From an uncultured Pseudomonadota bacterium (GTDB taxonomy: Bacteria; BMS3Abin14): 51,753 bases of DNA. The stretch spans positions 2,201 through 53,953 of the forward strand of contig CAYVSA010000005.1 of NCBI GenBank assembly GCA_964454175.1, read 5' to 3'. A program made the position numbers and the translations under genes. Positions 30,355 through 37,288 of the stretch are shown here, one piece after another (within the stretch, counting starts at the first letter, position 1; every line of letters starts with the position of its first letter). Under the pieces are notes generated by a model, which saw only the letters and a list, made by a program, of their open reading frames with translations, had not been told where the DNA came from and made no database searches.

Positions 30355-30465
30355 CTACATCCGGTCGATGATCGCCTGCCCCAACTCAAAGCAGACTGTT
30401 TCCCTGGCATTTTCCATGTCGTAACCGGGAACTGTAAACTCTTTGAATTCATCCGTTAGATCCAC
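30355..30465 (-). pseudogene. 36-codon ORF resembling the extreme C-terminus of dimeric NADP-isocitrate dehydrogenase
   Basis: VDLTDEFKEFTVPGYDMENARETVCFELGQAIIDRM* versus the recalled Icd ending TVTYDFARLMEGAxxxKCSEFGxAIIxNM; lies 80 nt before mdh; an in-frame TAA at 30498-30496 rules out a full gene. Confidence 0.6.
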
Positions 30466-30530
30466 TTTAACAGCCCAGAAATTAATGAGCTCTCTTTAAG
30501 AATATTGGACTTTAACAACCATGCGGGAAT

Positions 30531-30563
30531 AAAAAAAGGGCCGGCAGTCGCAACCACCGCCCC
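30531..30563 (-). terminator. Intrinsic terminator
   Basis: GGGCGGUGGU-UGCG-ACUGCCGGCCC followed by UUUUUUU. Confidence 0.75.
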
Positions 30564-30674
30564 CCAATGACCTTCCACACCCCTGCTAACCGTGGAAAAG
30601 GGGGGAATAACCCCGAAACGGTAGTGGATAGCCAACCTTCGTTGAGAGACTCCTTCCGGCGTGAGCCGAGGTCA
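30531..30674 (-). ncRNA. Candidate structured RNA or attenuator leader ending in an intrinsic terminator
   Basis: Hand folding: closing UGACCU/AGGUCA helix enclosing hairpins CGGC-UCAC-GCCG, CAAC-GAAG-GUUG and UCCAC..ACCGU..GGGG-UUAUU-CCCC..ACGGU..GUGGA; then a GC hairpin with U7. No known family recognised. Confidence 0.5.
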
Positions 30675-30676
30675 AA

Positions 30677-30734
30677 TACAATTGTAGTATACTGTATATT
30701 GTATACCTATATAGGTGACAGTCCGGGCTGTCAA
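30677..30734 (-). promoter_or_regulatory. Promoter with stacked palindromes upstream of the TCA operon
   Basis: TTGACA 30734-30729, 17 nt, TATAGG (weak -10); palindromes TGACAG-N6-CTGTCA, ACCTATATAGGT, GTATAC twice and TACAATTGTA. Confidence 0.55.
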
Positions 30735-30804
30735 GCCATTTCATTCCCTTAAGAAGACAAAACATTATCTGAGATGAATATTACTGACAGGACCTGTCTT
30801 ATTC

Positions 30805-32601
30805 CTACTTTTTATGCCTCAATCCCAGTTCCTGGAGCTGTGCCGGTTCCACCTGGCTGGGTGCATCAGTCATCAGACAGATCGCTTTCTGGGTCTTGGG
30901 GAAGGGAATAACGTCTCTAATTGAGGCTGCACCGGAAAGTATCATCAATATTCGGTCAAGCCCGAAGGCGATCCCCCCGTGAGGAGGCGCCCCGAAACGT
31001 AATGCCTCAAGCAGAAAACCAAATTTTTCAGAAGCTTCTTCGCTATTAATGCCCAACAGCTCAAAAACCCTGCTCTGTACATCCTCCCTGTGTATCCTGA
31101 TACTGCCTCCCCCGATCTCAGACCCGTTCAGGACCATGTCATACGCCATTGCCCTAACTTTTCCAGGATCGGTCTCGAGGAGCGGCAGGTCCTCTTCAAC
31201 GGGAGCTGTAAAGGGATGGTGCATCGAGACGTAACGTCCCTGGTCGCCATCGTACTCAAAGAGCGGGAAATCCACTACCCAACAGAAGTCATATCTTCCT
31301 TCGGGCACGAGGTTAAGCAGCATGGCAAGGTGGACCCTCAGCTGTCCCAGGGATTCGTTAACCATACCAGCATCCCCTGCGATCACCAGCAGAAGGTCGC
31401 CTTCGGCAAAATCCGTGATTCGCGACACCTCTTCCCTGGCACCTTCATCAATGAATTTTGCCAGGGGCGACTGCCAGCCGTCAGGGATCCGCTTGAACCA
31501 TGCAAGCCCCTTCGCACCGTAGATCGAGACGAAACCAGTCAGATCGTCCAGTTCCTTCCTTGACATAGTCGAACCGCCTGGGACGCTCAGCCCTTTTATG
31601 ATGCCTCCGCCCTTGAGGGTTTCGGAAAATATCTTCGCTCCGGTGCTGCCCAGGACATCTGTGAGATCCTTTAATTCCAGTCCAAACCTGGTATCGGGGC
31701 GGTCAAGACCAAACCGGTCGATCGCCTCATTGAAAGGTATCCTTGTGAAAGGCCTCTTGACGTCCACATCGAGAGCAAACTTGAAAATATCTGCTACCAT
31801 CCTCTCCATAATGTCGAACAGGACGTCCACGGTTGGAAAGGATAACTCCACATCTATCTGCGTAAACTCCGGCTGTCTGTCAGCTCTCAGGTCCTCATCC
31901 CGAAAACAGTGCACAATTTGAAAGTACCTGTCGTACCCTGCGATCATCAAGATCTGTTTGAAAAGCTGTGGCGACTGGGGCAGGGCGAACATCCTGCCGG
32001 GATTGACCCTGCTGGGAACCAGGTAGTCCCGAGCCCCTTCCGGTGTGCTCTTGGTCAGAAAGGGCGTCTCCATCTCCAGAAATCCTTCGCCATAAAGAAA
32101 ATCCCTTACTTTTTTTGACACCCTCGACCTGAGAACCATATTCTCTTTCAGGCTCTCTCTTCTCAAGTCCAGATAGCGGTATTTCAGACGCACGTTTTCC
32201 GAGACGTCCCGGCCCTCACGCTCATCAAGAGAAAAGGGCGGAGTCAGGCTCTTGTTGAGCAGTTTCAGTTCATCTACGAGCACCTCGATCTCCCCGGTGG
32301 GCATCTCGGGGTTGAGCATGCCCTCGGGGCGGTCACAGACCACTCCACTGATGGCGATCACATACTCGGATCGGAGGTCTTCGGCCTTTGCGTGCGCATC
32401 ACCTGAGCGCTCAGGGTTGAAAACAACCTGGGTCAGACCCCATCTGTCCCTGAGGTCAACGAAAATAAGGCCGCCGTGGTCGCGCCTGCGGTGTACCCAG
32501 CCCATGAGAATAACTTTTTTACCTACATCTCCAGCAGAAAGAGAACCGCAGTCGTGAGTCCTCTGCCATTCGGACAACAGGTCCAGATCGATCTCGTTCA
32601 T
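30805..32601 (-). CDS. aspS: Aspartate-tRNA ligase, probably non-discriminating (Asp/Asn)
   Basis: [53 protein letters not shown]; start moved to ATG 32601. Confidence 0.97.
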   Translation of the reverse strand: MNEIDLDLLSEWQRTHDCGSLSAGDVGKKVILMGWVHRRRDHGGLIFVDLRDRWGLTQVVFNPERSGDAHAKAEDLRSEYVIAISGVVCDRPEGMLNPEMPTGEIEVLVDELKLLNKSLTPPFSLDEREGRDVSENVRLKYRYLDLRRESLKENMVLRSRVSKKVRDFLYGEGFLEMETPFLTKSTPEGARDYLVPSRVNPGRMFALPQSPQLFKQILMIAGYDRYFQIVHCFRDEDLRADRQPEFTQIDVELSFPTVDVLFDIMERMVADIFKFALDVDVKRPFTRIPFNEAIDRFGLDRPDTRFGLELKDLTDVLGSTGAKIFSETLKGGGIIKGLSVPGGSTMSRKELDDLTGFVSIYGAKGLAWFKRIPDGWQSPLAKFIDEGAREEVSRITDFAEGDLLLVIAGDAGMVNESLGQLRVHLAMLLNLVPEGRYDFCWVVDFPLFEYDGDQGRYVSMHHPFTAPVEEDLPLLETDPGKVRAMAYDMVLNGSEIGGGSIRIHREDVQSRVFELLGINSEEASEKFGFLLEALRFGAPPHGGIAFGLDRILMILSGAASIRDVIPFPKTQKAICLMTDAPSQVEPAQLQELGLRHKK

Positions 32602-32749
32602 AAATTTGCATGCCTCCCGTGAAAAACCAGGCTCAAGGGGCGGCCTGGCCAAAGAATATCTCTGTCAGTCAGAAGTAAGTTTTCCAGGTACTTTACCGGT
32701 AACAGGTGGTAAAAGATCCATCCAAAGTATTTTTCTCATCGAAAAATCA

Positions 32750-34417
32750 TCAACCGTGCCCTCTCAGTTTATTCAATACTGCCATTTGCTGCTGTATCTC
32801 CAGGGACATGGAGGCCAGATTGAGTAATATTTCGAGAGAATCGAGGTCGCGGATCGGTGTCCCTCCCGGAACTACATCACCATACATTATAGCCACCACA
32901 AGACTCTGTACAGTGATAGGCATTATCACGGCGTATTTCGGTGCAGGATCCCCTATTGCCCCGAGGAGGTCAAGACCAAGCGTATCTCCAGGTTCCTCTT
33001 CATGAATAACCTTTCCGGTGGACACTGCCTGGCTCAGAAGGTGTGATTGAGAAAGTTCGAAACTAAGGCCTTTGATCCTGCCGTTGAACTCATCGTCTTC
33101 CTTCCTCCGGTCATTACCGAAGAACCCTGACACCAAATTCTTTCGAACCAGGAATATTGCGCTTCGATCCATTTCGTTAGAGGCAAACTCAACGATGGTC
33201 TGCGCCATTTTGCCAAGGCTCTTTTCCCTGACCATCTTGTCGCTGGTCTGCCTCAGAAAACGGATGTCACCTGAATCCCGTTTCACGAGCTCCCCAACCT
33301 CCTGAAGCTCCTCCTGGGCCTGGACCAGCTGCGAGAGAAGCTCCTCGCGCAAAATGTTCTGCTGTTCCCTCTCGAAATAAACCTCGTGCCGCTGGATCAC
33401 ATTCTGTATGCACAGTGCAACCTCCTCAATGAAGAGATTGAGTTGATTTTCCAGTTCCTCCGGGGATATGTCCTTGCGCTCCGGCTTGTGGATATAGTAG
33501 GTTGCGCCCAGAAACAGGGCCCGCCTCCTTATGGTCGCATCCGGGTAGGCGGTGTTCACGATGACGGGTATGTGGCTGCTTGTTTTCTGGATCTCTTCGA
33601 GCAGCTCCAGGCCTCCGAATAGACCTTTTCCGCTAATAGTAGGCATTATAAGGTCTGACAGCACAATAGGAAGCTTTCCCTGTACATCGTACTCTGAGAG
33701 CTTGTTAAGGGCCTCATGCGGCGACTCCACCGCGTCCACCTCGAATCCGAAACTTTCCAGCTTGTCCTTGAACATCTCGCGCATGAGCGCCTCATCCTCA
33801 ACCATGAGAATGATCTCTTTCGGCTTCAATTCCCTCAGCTTGGCGCTCACCCGTTTAAGCACAGCGTTCACATTGCCGACGATGGAGCTTTCGATCTCAT
33901 CACTTCCTGGTATGAGCTCACCGAGCATCCAGTCCTCTTCCACCGCAGCGGCCAGCTGTCTGGCCTTCTCGGCCAATTCCTCTATGGGAGCAACGCCAAC
34001 GGATTCCCCCTCCGCGTCATCAGACTCCTCAACCCTGAAGAGGCCCTCGTCCCAGCTCAAAAGGTGAATCAGGGAATCTTCTACCACCGCCCGCATTGAG
34101 CTGCCAAGCGTAGCCTTGTCGATTATCCCCTGTTCAATAAGTATCTCACCAAGGTATGCCCTTTCACCCTTCTCCTTCTGTATTGTCAGGGCGTTCTGAA
34201 GCTCTTTTTCAGTAATTATATTGTTCCTCACAAGGTATCGACCGAGCCGGCTCCTGACCCGCGGTTCCCTTACATCGAGAACAACTCCACCCTTGAGCCT
34301 GACAGTGGCCAGACCAGTCTTGCCCTTGAGCGTAATAACCCCCGTAAATCCCTTGGCCTCGGCATTTTTCAGGATATCCACTACAGATTTGCTCTTAAGG
34401 CTTCCGGATGTAACCAT
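32750..34417 (-). CDS. DUF4388-type N-domain with MshEN-like motifs + receiver + GAF-like C-domain
   Basis: RLGRYLVRNNIITEKELQNALTIQ and YLGEILIEQGII; LLSWDEGLFRV; REC (VEDE, LSDLIMP, NTAY, HKP); C-terminal VIMPITVQSLVVAIMYGD. TGATG overlap with the hisS stop fixes the start at 34417. Confidence 0.8.
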   Translation of the reverse strand: MVTSGSLKSKSVVDILKNAEAKGFTGVITLKGKTGLATVRLKGGVVLDVREPRVRSRLGRYLVRNNIITEKELQNALTIQKEKGERAYLGEILIEQGIIDKATLGSSMRAVVEDSLIHLLSWDEGLFRVEESDDAEGESVGVAPIEELAEKARQLAAAVEEDWMLGELIPGSDEIESSIVGNVNAVLKRVSAKLRELKPKEIILMVEDEALMREMFKDKLESFGFEVDAVESPHEALNKLSEYDVQGKLPIVLSDLIMPTISGKGLFGGLELLEEIQKTSSHIPVIVNTAYPDATIRRRALFLGATYYIHKPERKDISPEELENQLNLFIEEVALCIQNVIQRHEVYFEREQQNILREELLSQLVQAQEELQEVGELVKRDSGDIRFLRQTSDKMVREKSLGKMAQTIVEFASNEMDRSAIFLVRKNLVSGFFGNDRRKEDDEFNGRIKGLSFELSQSHLLSQAVSTGKVIHEEEPGDTLGLDLLGAIGDPAPKYAVIMPITVQSLVVAIMYGDVVPGGTPIRDLDSLEILLNLASMSLEIQQQMAVLNKLRGHG

Positions 34418-35691
34418 CACTCTTCTCCTTTCGAGTACCCACAACCGCACCCCGTACCTTTAAGAAGTTCATCCACCGGGACCTCCTCCTGTGTTTTGTT
34501 CCTGAAGTCCTTTATCTTCACAACGCCCCTTGACATCTCATCATCCCCCAGGATGATGACACGTTCTACTCCCAGTTTGTTGGCGCTTCTCAACTGCGCT
34601 TTCAGGCTCCTGTCCTCAAGGTCCGATCGCACTCTGTAGCCGCAGCCGCGGAGTCTGTCGGCAATGCTCATGGCGGCGACCCTGGCCCCGCTTGTTGCCG
34701 AAGCCACAAAGTAATCCAACTCCGGCAGTCCATTGTCAGGCCGATCCACAATATGGCCCAACCTCTCTAAGCCTATCGCAAACCCTATCCCGGGGACATC
34801 GCCCCCGATCTCCCTGGCCAGGCCATCGTACCTGCCGCCGGCAGCAACTGCATTCTGTGATCCGAGCCGTTCACAGACTGCTTCAAAAGCCGTCCGGTTG
34901 TAGTAGTCAAGTCCCCTGACTATCTTCGGATCAACCTCGTACGGCACCTCCAGGCCGTCCAGACCATCTGTCACCCTCTGGAAGTGAACCAGACAATCAG
35001 GGCACAGATAGTCCAACATTACCGGTGCCTTTTCAAGGGCCTCTCTGCACCCTGGGACCTTGCAGTCCAGGACTCTCAGGGGGTTTGTCTGCATCCTTCT
35101 TTTACAGTCGCCGCACAACAGATCAACCTGTTTATCCAGATAAACGACCAGGGCCTTCCTGAAGGGCGGTCTGCACGACTCGCACCCCAGAGAGTTGACC
35201 AGCATTTTCGTATCCGCAACGCCGAGCAGGACGAATAGCCTGTGAAGCAGATCGATCACCTCCGCATCAACAAGGGGGGCCTCACTGCCGAGGGCCTCCA
35301 ACCCCATCTGATAGAATTGGCGGTACCTGCCCTTCTGCGGTTTTTCATATCGGAACATGGGACCGGAATAGTACAGTTTGGAAAGCCCACCTCTGGATTT
35401 CCAGCCACCTTCAAGATAGGCTCTCACGGCAGAAGCCGTTCCTTCCGGACGCAAGGTGATGCTCTTTCCCTTCCGGTCGGAAAAAGTGTACATCTCCTTT
35501 TCCACGATGTCGGTAGACTCCCCAATGGACCTGGCAAACAGCTCTGTTGCTTCCACAAGGGGAAGCCGGATCTCATGGTAGCCGTAGCTCTGGAAATGAT
35601 CCCCTGCCAAGCGTTCGATCTCGCTGAGCTTGTGAGCTTCCTGCTGATCAATATCGCGGAATCCACGAATCGCCTTGATCCTGTTCGCCAT
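34417..35691 (-). CDS. hisS: Histidine-tRNA ligase
   Basis: EKEMYTF, LRPEGTA, FRYEKPQKGRYRQF, RGLDYY, GGRYDGL. Confidence 0.97.
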   Translation of the reverse strand: MANRIKAIRGFRDIDQQEAHKLSEIERLAGDHFQSYGYHEIRLPLVEATELFARSIGESTDIVEKEMYTFSDRKGKSITLRPEGTASAVRAYLEGGWKSRGGLSKLYYSGPMFRYEKPQKGRYRQFYQMGLEALGSEAPLVDAEVIDLLHRLFVLLGVADTKMLVNSLGCESCRPPFRKALVVYLDKQVDLLCGDCKRRMQTNPLRVLDCKVPGCREALEKAPVMLDYLCPDCLVHFQRVTDGLDGLEVPYEVDPKIVRGLDYYNRTAFEAVCERLGSQNAVAAGGRYDGLAREIGGDVPGIGFAIGLERLGHIVDRPDNGLPELDYFVASATSGARVAAMSIADRLRGCGYRVRSDLEDRSLKAQLRSANKLGVERVIILGDDEMSRGVVKIKDFRNKTQEEVPVDELLKGTGCGCGYSKGEE

Positions 35692-35700
35692 CCCGGATGC

Positions 35701-37149
35701 CTACCCCTGATCCTTGACCGGCGGATTTTCAGGCTCGATTTCGCTCCGGCTTGCCGTTCTTTCGGGGGCGGCTATGTAAACAACGTTCTTCCTCCCGAAT
35801 TTACCCCTGTACATTGCCTCGTCCGCAAGGTGAAGGAGCTCGATCTTTCCGGTTGCATGCTCAGGATAGGAAGCGACGCCGATGGAGATGGTAAGCCTTA
35901 TATTGTAGCCTTCCTCTCTCATGAAAACATAGCTTTCAACTGTCTCCCGGATCCTTTCAGCAACGATCCTGGCTCCTCCGGAAGTAGTGTCAGTCAGGAC
36001 AACAATGTACTCATCCCCGCCGTAACGGGCTACGGCATCTACTTTCCTGACGGCCTGCTTGAGAATTCCCGCCATTTCGATCAGGATCTTGCTACCCACA
36101 AGGTGGCCGTGTTTGTCATTTACCTGCTTGAATGAATCCAGGTCAAGGAAGAGTATCGACATATGGGTGTTCAGGCGCTGAGCCCTCAGTAACTCCCTGT
36201 CCAGGATGTTGTTGAGATAGCGGTAATTGAAAACGTTCGTCAGGTCATCGGTGATCGTCAGTATCTTTGCCTGGGAGTAGAGGAGCGCATTTTCGATGGC
36301 CGCACCGGCGTGTTCGGACAAAAAGGCTGCCACGTGTGTATCTCTTTCCGTAAATGCTCCTTCTCTTTCTGTATCGAAAAATACGACCATCCCGACCAGA
36401 TCCTTCTTGTTCCTGAGAGGAATAAATATGATCGACCGGATATGGTCAACGCTCGTTCGGAATTTAACCTGCAAAGAAGCGATCTTCTCGGGGATGACCG
36501 GGCCCACGGCCGAAGACATGACGTCCGTGTAGGCGGTGAAGACGTCGCTGTCGATGCTGTCGTTTAATTCAACGTCGAATCCCTCCGAGGCGATCACATT
36601 TGATTCGCCCTGCTCCTGGTCAAGAAGATATAAAAACCCCCGGGTCGCTCCGGTTTCCTGCATGAGCAGATCAAAAATGAGCTCGTAAAGCTCTTCGATC
36701 TCTATGGTTCTCGTGATCCTGCTTCCAATGTTGTGGAGCTTCAAACTGCTTTTCAGCTCCCTGTTTTCCTGGGCCAGCCTTATCTTGTCTATGGCACGGT
36801 GCACAACTATCTTGAACTCGGGCGGATTAAGTGGTTTTCTGATGTAGTCAAGGGCCCCCAGCTTCATGGCCTTCACAGCGCTTTCCACAGTGCCATGACC
36901 TGTAATGACGATGATCTCGAGGCCTGGCATTTCTTTCCGCGCCCAGTCAATAAGATCCAGACCAGACTTTTCGGGCATGACCATGTCAGTAACAACCAGG
37001 TCAATACCGCCCTGGTTAATCAAGTCGATAGCCTCGTCTACGCCCGGCGCTTCGCTGACTTCGAAAACTTCTTCTTCTTCCAGAATTTCGCGACAGAAAA
37101 CTCTGGCAAATTTGTCATCATCCACGACGAGAATTCGGGATTTGTTCAA
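35701..37149 (-). CDS. gacA: REC-GAF-GGDEF dinucleotide cyclase, Hypr type (probable 3',3'-cGAMP synthase)
   Basis: DLDSFKQVNDKHGHLVGS has Ser (codon 36093-36091) where c-di-GMP-specific enzymes have Asp; RKVD I-site; GGDEY; intact REC; comEC-gene-hisS order. Start moved to TTG 37149 (GGGAG RBS). Confidence 0.82.
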   Translation of the reverse strand: MNKSRILVVDDDKFARVFCREILEEEEVFEVSEAPGVDEAIDLINQGGIDLVVTDMVMPEKSGLDLIDWARKEMPGLEIIVITGHGTVESAVKAMKLGALDYIRKPLNPPEFKIVVHRAIDKIRLAQENRELKSSLKLHNIGSRITRTIEIEELYELIFDLLMQETGATRGFLYLLDQEQGESNVIASEGFDVELNDSIDSDVFTAYTDVMSSAVGPVIPEKIASLQVKFRTSVDHIRSIIFIPLRNKKDLVGMVVFFDTEREGAFTERDTHVAAFLSEHAGAAIENALLYSQAKILTITDDLTNVFNYRYLNNILDRELLRAQRLNTHMSILFLDLDSFKQVNDKHGHLVGSKILIEMAGILKQAVRKVDAVARYGGDEYIVVLTDTTSGGARIVAERIRETVESYVFMREEGYNIRLTISIGVASYPEHATGKIELLHLADEAMYRGKFGRKNVVYIAAPERTASRSEIEPENPPVKDQG

Positions 37150-37197
37150 ATTTGATCTCCCGTAAAATTCATCTAACAATTTAGAAAATAACACTTT

Positions 37198-37226
37198 TTC
37201 TTATCAGAAGGGCATACCCTTGTCAA
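37198..37226 (-). promoter_or_regulatory. Possible sigma70 promoter of the gacA-hisS unit
   Basis: TTGACA 37226-37221, 17 nt, TAAGAA preceded by TG; the -10 is imperfect. Confidence 0.35.
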
Positions 37227-37288
37227 TAACCACCATCATAACTCACCGGAATGCAGGGTAAAAAACCATACCAGCCCTACCTGGTGCT

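Noticed and set aside
30640-30665. CGCCGGAAGGAGUCUCUCA resembles glycine-riboswitch and SRP RNA cores
   Set aside because: Lacks the 5' GGAGAG, P3a and CUCUCAGG context of glycine aptamers and the AGCAG of SRP helix 8.
30718-30730. AGTCCGGGCT resembles the RNase P RNA P4 motif
   Set aside because: No GAGGAA prefix and no downstream RNase P features; it is part of a promoter palindrome.
32602-32749. T-box leader before aspS (also checked before hisS and valS)
   Set aside because: No T-box bulge sequence or adequate leader; only small hairpins (TTTACC/GGTAAA, CCAGGC/GCCTGG).
34417-34460. HisRS C-terminal tail GTGCGCGYSKGEE as a metal-binding tag
   Set aside because: Only two Cys, and the tail is constrained by the RBS of the overlapping downstream gene.
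37150-37288. Search for a GEMM-I (cGAMP or c-di-GMP) riboswitch near gacA and in other intergenic gaps
   Set aside because: No YAAAC-P2-GNRA...GGAAAGC/GCAAAGC pattern found by eye; a covariance search would be needed to exclude weak copies.
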